From: an uncultured Candidatus Saccharibacteria bacterium
GTDB taxonomy: Bacteria; Patescibacteriota; Doudnabacteria; UBA920
NCBI GenBank assembly: GCA_964532425.1
Contig: CAZHIA010000001.1
Span: 124,951 to 188,950, forward strand
Direction: 5' to 3'
DNA: 64,000 nt
Shown: one piece after another, positions 1-7,422 of the stretch
Layout of the letters: every line of letters begins with the position of its first letter
How positions within the stretch are numbered: position 1 is the stretch's first letter
Made by a program: the position numbers and the translations under genes
The notes under the pieces: generated by a model
Told to the model about the DNA's origin: nothing
Database searches by the model: none
Seen by the model: the letters and a program-made list of their open reading frames with translations, nothing else

Positions 1-24
1 CACCGGCTGTACGGGTATAAGTAA
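1..24 (+). CDS. 3' end of upstream gene, possibly nicotinate-nucleotide adenylyltransferase (partial)
   Basis: Frame 1 reads HRLYGYK-stop. HxLY resembles the usual NadD C-terminus (YIxxHxLY) and the gene lies directly before pncB. Only 7 codons are visible. Confidence 0.3.
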   Translation, partial: HRLYGYK

Positions 25-264
25 TTCAACGTAGCGTGCCGATTTATCGGCTTCCAATCCCATGAATGGGCACGCTACAATCTTATTGTTTCATTCCGGA
101 AGCCACGAGCCCAAAGGGCGAGGAACTGTCCGGAATCCATACACTCAAAAAGATTTGGACCTGAAAATCTCGGATCCAGCTCTTTGTTCCGGACCCAAAG
201 TCCGGGGCATGCAGTTTAAAAAAACCAGAGGAGGCAATTCAGTGATTGTTCGAAAGGAGGCTGT

Positions 265-1569
265 ATGGGCCTGGTAATTTCAAAAAAAGATCGGCCTATC
301 ATCAAGTCCCTTCTTGATACCGACTTCTATAAGGATACCATGGGAAAACTGATACAACGTCGGTTTCCCAAGGTTCCCGTGAAGTTCGCGTTCAAGAACC
401 GACACAAGCATGTCCGTCTAGCCGAATGCATAGACCAAGGCGAACTGCGCGAGCAGCTTGATCACTGCATGAAGCTTCGCTTCTGCCCTCAAGAAATCCA
501 TTATCTGCTGGGCACCTACGAATACAACCGGCCGATGTTCGGGCTGGACTACGGCAAGTTCATGCAGGACTTCCGACTGCCGGAATATCACCTGGAAACC
601 AGGGACGGGCAGCTACATTTGGAGTTTTTCGGTGAGTGGCAATATGTGACTCGCTGGGAGACTTTGGCGATGCAGATCGTTGCCGAGCTCTACGGACGGC
701 ATCAATTGCGTGGCTTGTCCCGGTTCGAGCGGGAAGTGGTATTTGCCGAAGGGCGGCGACGGTTGGCGAGGAAGATTAAAGTCCTTAAAGCCAATCCGAA
801 CATTGTATTCTCTGACTTTGGAACCCGCAGGCGGTTCAGTCGTAGGTGGCAGCAGTATGTGGTCTCGGTCCTTGCGCAGGAATTTCCCCGGCCGAGCGCG
901 TTCGTGGACCATCCACAGTTTCGCGGCACATCCAACACGTGGTTGGCCATGAAGTACGGGCTGACCCCCATGGGAACCAATGCCCACGAACTGCCCATGG
1001 TCTACTCCGCTATCTTCCGTAAGGAAGACAATGCGGCCCAGCGGCTCGTTTCCCAAATCAAGATGCTCGAAGACTGGGAAACGGAGTATGGCGAGGGTCT
1101 GTCGATCTTCCTGCCGGATACCTATGGCAGCGACTACTTCTTTAACAACATTCCGGTTGAAATGATTGCGCGCTGGAAAGGCTCGCGTCACGATTCCGGA
1201 CCGGCTATGGAATACGGCGACAAGCGAATCCCGATGTATCGCGACATGGGAGTCGATCCGGCCAAGAAGATTATCGTGTTTGCGGACGGACAGGATCCGT
1301 GGCAGGCTGACTCCATCGAGAAGTACTTCCGCGGTCGGATCATCCCGTCGTTCGGTATTGGTACCAACTTTACCAACGATTTGGGATTTACCTCGGAAGT
1401 TGATCTTAAAGCCCTGTCGATCGTTGTAAAAGTGATCGAAGCGTGTGGTCTCCCGGTGTGCAAGCTTTCCGATAATATCGAGAAGGCGATCGGCAACCCG
1501 GCAGAGATCGAGCGAATGAAACAGTTGGTTGGCTACGGCGTGACCTACGCCGAATCCTGCCGCTACTGA
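265..1569 (+). CDS. pncB: Nicotinate phosphoribosyltransferase
   Basis: 434 aa with LLDTDFYK, DFGTRRR, GTSN, GTNAHE, DTYG, RHDSG, FGIGTNFTND and KLSD motifs; RBS AAGGAGG. Confidence 0.95.
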   Translation: MGLVISKKDRPIIKSLLDTDFYKDTMGKLIQRRFPKVPVKFAFKNRHKHVRLAECIDQGELREQLDHCMKLRFCPQEIHYLLGTYEYNRPMFGLDYGKFMQDFRLPEYHLETRDGQLHLEFFGEWQYVTRWETLAMQIVAELYGRHQLRGLSRFEREVVFAEGRRRLARKIKVLKANPNIVFSDFGTRRRFSRRWQQYVVSVLAQEFPRPSAFVDHPQFRGTSNTWLAMKYGLTPMGTNAHELPMVYSAIFRKEDNAAQRLVSQIKMLEDWETEYGEGLSIFLPDTYGSDYFFNNIPVEMIARWKGSRHDSGPAMEYGDKRIPMYRDMGVDPAKKIIVFADGQDPWQADSIEKYFRGRIIPSFGIGTNFTNDLGFTSEVDLKALSIVVKVIEACGLPVCKLSDNIEKAIGNPAEIERMKQLVGYGVTYAESCRY

Positions 1570-1590
1570 CAATCACTGAAGTAAAAACCC

Positions 1591-1671
1591 GTGGTGGCTC
1601 GGCTTACCAGCCGCGCCACCACCCATTTCTGAAGCGCTCCATAATTATAGATTGGAGCGCTGCAGAGAGGG
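1591..1671 (+). repeat. Two-hairpin intergenic element, copy 1 (type A)
   Basis: GTGGTGGC..GCCACCAC hairpin, then CCATTTCTGAAGCGCTCCA..TGGAGCGCTGCAGAGAGGG, then RBS. Confidence 0.7.
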
Positions 1672-1686
1672 ATATAAGGAGGATTA

Positions 1687-2154
1687 ATGGTAGGAGTAAT
1701 TCTGATTTACCATAAGGGAGATCCGGAGATGAAGGGGTTAAGCCCTGATTGCAGGGTGTTGCAGTTCCCTGATGCTGATGAAGATAACCAGTATCAGGTG
1801 CCACAGCATATCCTGGAAGGGTCATGTGTTGTGGATTTTCAAGCCCAGGTCAAGGCATATATGTTGTGGAAGCATAACTTCCCAATGAGTGGGGACCGGC
1901 TGGTACATTTTGGGCCGAAAGCTACCACTCATTCAGAGCATGGTGTTGGCGTTGTGGTGTTTACATACCGCCTCACAGACGAAGAAGCTTCTCGTTTTGG
2001 TACTTTTGGTTCTGATGGTGCAAATGAGTCTGACCATCAGGTCGACACCTCAGCTCTCCCTCCGATGTTTTGCCGGATCAAGGCTGTGCTTGACGATCCG
2101 ATTACGACATTGGAGGCCCTTGGCGCAATCACGTATGGCCTGCTTCGATCTTAG
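1687..2154 (+). CDS. Hypothetical protein (possibly a distant relative of the neighbouring small ORFs)
   Basis: 155 aa, strong RBS TAAGGAGG. N-terminus GVILIYHKGDP resembles GSVVIIYVRGEP of the ORF at 4650. Confidence 0.75.
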   Translation: MVGVILIYHKGDPEMKGLSPDCRVLQFPDADEDNQYQVPQHILEGSCVVDFQAQVKAYMLWKHNFPMSGDRLVHFGPKATTHSEHGVGVVVFTYRLTDEEASRFGTFGSDGANESDHQVDTSALPPMFCRIKAVLDDPITTLEALGAITYGLLRS

Positions 2155-2182
2155 GCCGGGCAAGCGGATCTGCATAAAACTA

Positions 2183-2274
2183 GCGGTCTCCCTTAGAGAG
2201 ACCGCCCCATTCTCAAGCGCTCCACTCTGATGCTATCTAGTATCATAGTGTGCGGTGAAGCGCTGCAGAGAGGG
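2183..2274 (+). repeat. Two-hairpin intergenic element, copy 2 (type A)
   Basis: GCGGTCTC..GAGACCGC hairpin, then CCCATTCTCAAGCGCTCCA..AGCGCTGCAGAGAGGG, then RBS. Confidence 0.7.
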
Positions 2275-2288
2275 AAAGAAGGAGGAAC

Positions 2289-2639
2289 ATGACAGAAGTA
2301 GCCGTGGTAATCCACACTACCGCGTTTCATAAGAGCGGTGTGGAAGTTGTATTTGTACGCGAAAACGAGCGGGAAGTGTTGCCCGCATTCGCTACAGAGT
2401 CGGAGCAGCCGGAAGATCTCGTCCGTTTGGCGGTAGAAAGGATAAGAGAACTTACCGGTACGGAACTCGGAAGACAGTTCTTTTTGTCTCACCGATTGCC
2501 TCCGAACGCAAACTACAATCGGCGCACGGTGTTGTTTTTTGAAGGGCGCGTGCTGGATGCGGGAAGAGCACCGGTGGTCTACAAATCGGTGAGCGAAGTT
2601 CCCGCCGAAATCTGGCGGGCTATTGCCGAGATACGATAG
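2289..2639 (+). CDS. Hypothetical protein, degenerate Nudix-like
   Basis: 116 aa, RBS AAGGAGG. LP..E..ED...AVERIRELTG resembles an eroded Nudix box. Confidence 0.65.
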   Translation: MTEVAVVIHTTAFHKSGVEVVFVRENEREVLPAFATESEQPEDLVRLAVERIRELTGTELGRQFFLSHRLPPNANYNRRTVLFFEGRVLDAGRAPVVYKSVSEVPAEIWRAIAEIR

Positions 2640-2657
2640 ATCTTTCAGGAGGAAGCG

Positions 2658-3098
2658 ATGGAATTTTACGTGGTTGCCTTCCGGCGGCCTGAGCCCGGGG
2701 TCCAGCTTATTGATCCGGATACGGACATTCTGTTCGTGGCGATTGATGAAAGCAAATTCGAGTTGCCCTGCTACTCTGTGGGTGAACAGTTGGCCGATGA
2801 TGAGTTAAAAAGCGCTGCCGCCAAATATTTCGCCGAAAGTACCGGACTTGCCTTTGAACCGCATCGCTTTGAGTTCGTCTGGCGGCGGCTCAAAGAAAAC
2901 GACCGCGACATGATCGCCATTTGCTCGCTGGAACTGTCGGGTGGAGAAGGAACTGACGTTCAGCGCCTGATCGACGCGCCGGATTCCGCACGTGCATATT
3001 TTATCCCGTTTGCAAACTTTCTATATTTTGCGGGGTACGATATGCAGTCAGCGGGCATTATTACTACCGCCCTCGCGTATTTTCATACGCAGGGCTAA
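2658..3098 (+). CDS. Hypothetical protein, degenerate Nudix-like
   Basis: 146 aa, RBS AGGAGG. FELP...E...AAAKYFAESTGL resembles a Nudix box lacking the catalytic REUxEE. Confidence 0.65.
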   Translation: MEFYVVAFRRPEPGVQLIDPDTDILFVAIDESKFELPCYSVGEQLADDELKSAAAKYFAESTGLAFEPHRFEFVWRRLKENDRDMIAICSLELSGGEGTDVQRLIDAPDSARAYFIPFANFLYFAGYDMQSAGIITTALAYFHTQG

Positions 3099-3110
3099 TC
3101 CATGACAAAC

Positions 3111-3201
3111 AGCGGCCTGGCGAAGTGCACCAGGCCCCCTTACCAGAATTCTTCATACTGCAATACTGCACCGTATTGCAGTATCGAGAATTGCGGTAAG
3201 G
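3111..3201 (+). repeat. Two-hairpin intergenic element, copy 3 (type B)
   Basis: GGCCTGG..CCAGGCC, then CCCTTACCAGAATTCT-TC-ATACTGCAATAC..GTATTGCAGTAT-CG-AGAATTGCGGTAAGG. Confidence 0.85.
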
Positions 3202-3212
3202 AGGGAATGAAA

Positions 3213-4064
3213 ATGACAGGAGGATTTCTAAGAGATTGGTTGTTGCATCTCATCTGGCACAACGAGATGCCGAGTGACTTGGTGCTCGTACGCCACGGCG
3301 AGAGCGAAGGCAACAAGACCAAAAACGAGCAGGAATGGTTTAACCACCCTGAGTTCGCCAAACGGCACAGTTCCGATTGGCGGCTGACCGACAAAGGCCG
3401 CTGGCAGCGGAACGAGGCTGGGTTGTGGATCCGCCAGAATATTCTACCGGTCATTCCCGGTAAGAAGTTCTACCGCCACTACACCTCCAACTATGTTCGC
3501 GCCATGGAAACAGCCGGCGGACTGGGGCTTAATGCCGAATGGTTTGTCCACTTCTTCCTGCGCGAGCGGGACTGGGGCTGGCTCGATGTGATGTCCAAGG
3601 AGCAGCGCCAAAAGTTGTTCCCACGGGAGTTGGAATGGATGAAAATAGGCGGGTTCCTGACCGCGCCGCCCAACGGCGAATCTTTGGCGGACTTGTGCAT
3701 CCGCGGGTATTTGATGAACAATACACTCGGTCGCGAGTGCGCCCGCAGGCCGGTCATAATGGTCAACCATGGCGAGTTCATGTGGGGCGAACGGGTACTG
3801 CTCGAACGGATCCCGCTCGACCGGTATCGGTTACTCGATGAATCGAAAGACCCCAAGGATCGTATCCATAATTGCCAGATTCTCTGGTACACTCGGCGCG
3901 ATCCGGTGTCCGGAAAGCTGGCTAAGTATTTCAAGTGGATGAAGTCGGTCTGTCCGTGGGACCTTTCGCTTTCTCATAACGAGTGGCGGGAAATTGAACG
4001 TCCGCGCTTCAGTGATGAAGAACTCTTAGCGCGGGCCGAAGCGATTCCACAGATCGTGAGTTAG
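3213..4064 (+). CDS. Histidine phosphatase (phosphoglycerate mutase family) protein
   Basis: LVLVRHGESEGN, LTDKG, RAMETA, LRERDWG, PNGES and NHG motifs. Start moved from 3102 to the ATG after the RBS AAGGAGG. Confidence 0.9.
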   Translation: MTGGFLRDWLLHLIWHNEMPSDLVLVRHGESEGNKTKNEQEWFNHPEFAKRHSSDWRLTDKGRWQRNEAGLWIRQNILPVIPGKKFYRHYTSNYVRAMETAGGLGLNAEWFVHFFLRERDWGWLDVMSKEQRQKLFPRELEWMKIGGFLTAPPNGESLADLCIRGYLMNNTLGRECARRPVIMVNHGEFMWGERVLLERIPLDRYRLLDESKDPKDRIHNCQILWYTRRDPVSGKLAKYFKWMKSVCPWDLSLSHNEWREIERPRFSDEELLARAEAIPQIVS

Positions 4065-4106
4065 AGTCGCTATTCTGAAACGGGATAAAACTTGATCGGA
4101 GGTTGT

Positions 4107-4484
4107 ATGGAAGGTGTTGTTGTAATAGTCTATTCCCCCGGTAACACCCGGTATGGGCCAGGGCGAGATGCCGGTGAATGCGGAACGATGGTGTATTTGA
4201 ATCATCCTCCGGAACAGTTGTCTACCTTCGAAGCTGCATGCCTCGAAGAAGCGAGGGATCTCGCGGCGGAGATCGGCCGCACGTGCCTCCAGCGGGAATG
4301 CGGGATTCTCCCGTATACAGTCTATGATGCCACTATGTGGCTGTTCAGGATCGAGTTGGGTAACCAGGAGTTTGATCAGTTGCCTGACGAGGTCAAATGG
4401 AACTTTGTTTCGTTCAATCGCTTGCGAGCGATACCGGGCTTCGAGGCGGCATGGGATCATGTCCGTGCCGCGGTCGAAGACTAA
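4107..4484 (+). CDS. Hypothetical protein, paralog of 4650-5018
   Basis: RBS GGAGG. Shares G.VVI.Y..G, FEA...EA...A..IGR..L, PY...D...W.FRI.LG..EF and FVS with the next ORF. Confidence 0.8.
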   Translation: MEGVVVIVYSPGNTRYGPGRDAGECGTMVYLNHPPEQLSTFEAACLEEARDLAAEIGRTCLQRECGILPYTVYDATMWLFRIELGNQEFDQLPDEVKWNFVSFNRLRAIPGFEAAWDHVRAAVED

Positions 4485-4503
4485 ACTCCAACCAATCGTA
4501 TAC

Positions 4504-4594
4504 AAGCGGTGGCAACATGCTGCCACCGCCCCTTACCAGAATTGTTGATACTGCAGTACTGCACCGTACTGCAGTATGGAGAATTGCGGCAAGG
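4504..4594 (+). repeat. Two-hairpin intergenic element, copy 4 (type B)
   Basis: AAGCGGTGGCAACATGCTGCCACCGC-CCCTTACCAGAATT..ATACTGCAGTAC..GTACTGCAGTAT..AATTGCGGCAAGG. Confidence 0.9.
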
Positions 4595-4649
4595 AAAAGA
4601 GGTTTCTGCTTAATCATTTTTCCTTAAAGATGTTAGCGAAGGAGGATTT

Positions 4650-5018
4650 ATGATAGGGAGTGTAGTGATCATTTATGTGCGGGGGGAACCCCACCATTGT
4701 CGCCTCGGGTATGATGAGGTGGCAGGGGTCCTGCTGAACGGTCCTGAATGTCCAGTGGACCTGTTTGAAGCCTTTTCCCGGCAGGAAGCGATAGAGCGCG
4801 CGACCCAAATCGGCCGGCAGCGCCTCGGCGTTGAACCGCCAAGGCCGTATCTGATGGCTGATATGGAACGGTGGGCGTTCCGGATCGTTCTCGGGGACAG
4901 AGAGTTTAGCGCAATAGGCGAGGATGTACAGAGACAATTCGTCTCATATGACCATCCGCCTCAATGGCTGAGGACCAGCATCTGTTCAAAGCTGGTGCAA
5001 GAGGCCAGCGAAATGTAA
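4650..5018 (+). CDS. Hypothetical protein, paralog of 4107-4484
   Basis: 122 aa, RBS AAGGAGG; clearly alignable by eye with the previous ORF. Confidence 0.8.
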   Translation: MIGSVVIIYVRGEPHHCRLGYDEVAGVLLNGPECPVDLFEAFSRQEAIERATQIGRQRLGVEPPRPYLMADMERWAFRIVLGDREFSAIGEDVQRQFVSYDHPPQWLRTSICSKLVQEASEM

Positions 5019-5029
5019 CACTCACAACG

Positions 5030-5118
5030 AAGCGGTGGCAGCATGCTGTCACCGCCCCTTACCAGAGTTTTCCACTCTATTACACTCCCGTAATAGAGTA
5101 TGGAAAATTGCGGCAAGG
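5030..5118 (+). repeat. Two-hairpin intergenic element, copy 5 (type B)
   Basis: AAGCGGTGGCAGCATGCTGTCACCGC-CCCTTACCAGAGTTTTCCA-CTCTATTAC..GTAATAGAG-TA-TGGAAAATTGCGGCAAGG. Confidence 0.9.
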
Positions 5119-5173
5119 AGAAATCCTTGAAGAGTTTACAGAAGCTTGAAAATTTCCAAACAGGAGGAATAAG

Positions 5174-6154
5174 ATGTCGACAGATATCCTACCCGTACTG
5201 AACGGGAACGGCAAGCAGGCGATTGCTCACGGGAGTGGCCAGATGCGCGCCCAGAGCATTTCCATTCAGGTTTCCTCGCGCGTCCGCTGTAACGCGGGCT
5301 GCAAGTTTTGCATTTCGCGAACCACGCCGGACTGCGCAGAGGGTAGCGGGAAGGACCTTACATGGTGTGATCTTGAACGGCTGAGAGTGGGGCTGAATTA
5401 TGCCAGCCACATTGGGGCAACTCACGCGATACTGACCGGCCGTGCCGATCCGACACAAGAGACTTCGGAGTACCTGTGTGAGCTCGTCAAAGCGGCCCGG
5501 GAGCACGTGCCCTTTGTTGATATGCATACGAATGGATTTTTGCTTCTGCCGGGAAGTTCGAAAGCTGGCATGCTTGACGACCTGGCGGCTGCCGGGCTGA
5601 CCCATCTCACGCTTTCCATCGCTGCTATTGACCGGGCGAAGAATCGCGAGCTGATGCTGGTCCGGGATAGCGGGCTCTCTCTCATTCGCTATGCGGTAAA
5701 ACTCGGTTTACTCGTCCGCGCTTCGCTGGTTGTTAACAAAAGCGGGGTATGCGACGTGCCCAGCCTGATCGAATATATCTGGCAAGCCGGCGAATACGGG
5801 GCACATATGGTTGTGGTCCGCGAAGTCTGGGTTCCCGAAGTATACAGCCAGATCAACGAGGAAGTATATGCCTGGAACCGGGAAAACTACGTGGACATTA
5901 AGCCCCTGCAGGATGAATTCATGCGGCTGGCCGAGCAGCGCCGGCATGGCCTGCGACGGCTGAATGATCTACCCTGGGGGACACCGGTGTTTGCCATGGA
6001 GGGGATATTCGAGAGTGATCCCTCTCACGGAGTGAATGTAACGTTTGCCCGGTGTGACGAGGCCAATGTCGGGTCGGTCATGAAATCGATCGTCCACCGG
6101 CCGAACGGCCATGGCTATCGCAACTGGGACAGCATGGGCGACATCTTGTATTAA
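5174..6154 (+). CDS. Radical SAM protein
   Basis: CxxxCxxC motif (CNAGCKFC), ILTGRADP, HTNG; RBS AGGAGG. Confidence 0.9.
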   Translation: MSTDILPVLNGNGKQAIAHGSGQMRAQSISIQVSSRVRCNAGCKFCISRTTPDCAEGSGKDLTWCDLERLRVGLNYASHIGATHAILTGRADPTQETSEYLCELVKAAREHVPFVDMHTNGFLLLPGSSKAGMLDDLAAAGLTHLTLSIAAIDRAKNRELMLVRDSGLSLIRYAVKLGLLVRASLVVNKSGVCDVPSLIEYIWQAGEYGAHMVVVREVWVPEVYSQINEEVYAWNRENYVDIKPLQDEFMRLAEQRRHGLRRLNDLPWGTPVFAMEGIFESDPSHGVNVTFARCDEANVGSVMKSIVHRPNGHGYRNWDSMGDILY

Positions 6155-6193
6155 GATCTGTGTGGTAACTTGGCTCTGCCAAGTTATCCAATC

Positions 6194-6393
6194 AAGCGGT
6201 GGCAGCATGCTGCCACCGCCCCTTACCAGAGTTTTCAGTGAGTATGTCATTGCGAGTCAAAGAAATTTTTAGTAATAAATTTCTTCGACGAAGCAATCTT
6301 TCCTGTAACGGTACAAGATTGCCGCGGCCTCATATTGAATTCTAAAAATATGAAGCCTCGCAATGACGACGACATTGAAAATTGCGGTAAGGG
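6194..6393 (+). repeat. Two-hairpin intergenic element, copy 6 (type B), with nested palindromic insertion
   Basis: AAGCGGTGGCAGCATGCTGCCACCGC-CCCTTACCAGAGTTTTCAGTG...CATTGAAAATTGCGGTAAGGG. Confidence 0.9.
6246..6367. repeat. GTCATTGCGAG...CTCGCAATGAC palindromic miniature element
   Basis: 11-bp terminal inverted repeats, internal GAAGCAATCT/AGATTGC; second copy at 13569. Confidence 0.85.
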
Positions 6394-6453
6394 ATGATGC
6401 AGTAGGGAAGTAATCATTCCAGGCAGTTTAAAAATACGACAGGGGGAAATTAT

Positions 6454-7395
6454 ATGAGCATTATTCTGTTTGCTGCGCGCCAGGCGCAGAAAATGGCGCA
6501 GGAAATTATCGATATCGGCAGAGGATCTATTGTTCCTGGTACCATCAAATGGGACCGGTACGATGGCGTTTGGGCTAATACGGTCATCGAGAACGCCGAA
6601 TCTTTGCGTAACCGAGATGTGGCTTTCTTAGCCGCATACGAGACCATGGCAGATATTATCGAACAACAGTGGGCACTGAATACGCTCACGCGTCGGTACA
6701 AGGTTCGGTCCATGAAAATGTTGTTGCTCGATTACCCGACTGGCACCAAGGATCGCTGGGAAGAAGAGGGAGAAGTGGTAACGGCGTTCGAGCTGGCTGA
6801 CGGTATGGGCACTATTGCCCAGACGAAGTCTGGCCCGATCGATCTCGGCATATTTGACCTGCATGCACTGCAGGAGGAGAGCTACTTTCCTAAGAACTTC
6901 CGGCCGCCAGACCGCTTGAGCGCCATGCCGCTTTTGTGCGACATGATCGGCGGGTATGACGATATCAGTATTGTCTTTCCCGACGAGGGCGCATACAAGC
7001 GGTACGCTAAGCGCAACTTCAAGGGCTTCGACCAGGTTGTGTGCGAAAAGCGCCGCATCGGAAAAGATCGAATCGTCACCATAAAGGAAGGTGACCCGAA
7101 AGGTCGCCATTGCTACATAGTCGACGACCGTATTATTTCCGGGGTTACCGCCGTGAAGTGCAAGGATGCGTTATTCAGTGCGGGTGCTGCCGCGGTCAGC
7201 TTGTATGTGGGGCATGGCGCTTTCACGACCAACGCGCCGCAAAAGTTCATCGACTCGGGATTTTCGGAAGTCTGGTTTTCGGACTCGTGCCCGGCGATGG
7301 CGGAAAAACTTCGGGGTGTCGGGCAATTCAAGATCATGCCACTCGCCCACGAAGCTGCCAACTGGATTTTGGAAGATACTCGCCAGGCCGCCTAA
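6454..7395 (+). CDS. prs: Ribose-phosphate pyrophosphokinase (class II-like PRPP synthase)
   Basis: PTGTKDR, DLHALQE, VFPDEGAYKR, KRRIG, PRTase motif YIVDDRIISGVT and HG. Confidence 0.85.
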   Translation: MSIILFAARQAQKMAQEIIDIGRGSIVPGTIKWDRYDGVWANTVIENAESLRNRDVAFLAAYETMADIIEQQWALNTLTRRYKVRSMKMLLLDYPTGTKDRWEEEGEVVTAFELADGMGTIAQTKSGPIDLGIFDLHALQEESYFPKNFRPPDRLSAMPLLCDMIGGYDDISIVFPDEGAYKRYAKRNFKGFDQVVCEKRRIGKDRIVTIKEGDPKGRHCYIVDDRIISGVTAVKCKDALFSAGAAAVSLYVGHGAFTTNAPQKFIDSGFSEVWFSDSCPAMAEKLRGVGQFKIMPLAHEAANWILEDTRQAA

Positions 7396-7422
7396 AAGCG
7401 CCGGAGAAACAGGAGAAAAATC

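Noticed and set aside
613-1572. Long antisense ORFs (also 8536-9375, 20943-21644, 26751-27644 and many inside the giant gene)
   Set aside because: Shadows of well-supported sense genes, with no recognisable motifs
3102-3212. Longer N-terminus for the histidine phosphatase
   Set aside because: It would translate the repeat element; the RBS supports a start at 3207 or 3213
4504-4530. First hairpin of the element as an intrinsic terminator
   Set aside because: No U-tract follows it in any of the six copies
3111-6393. CRISPR array interpretation of the GCGGTGGCAGCATGCTGCCACCGC repeats
   Set aside because: The copies are separated by whole genes (0.4-1.3 kb) rather than 25-45-nt spacers, and no cas genes are present
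1591-6393. Classical integron attC sites
   Set aside because: The stem ends lack RYYYAAC/GTTRRRY boxes and there is no integrase in the window. A non-classical recombination role remains open.
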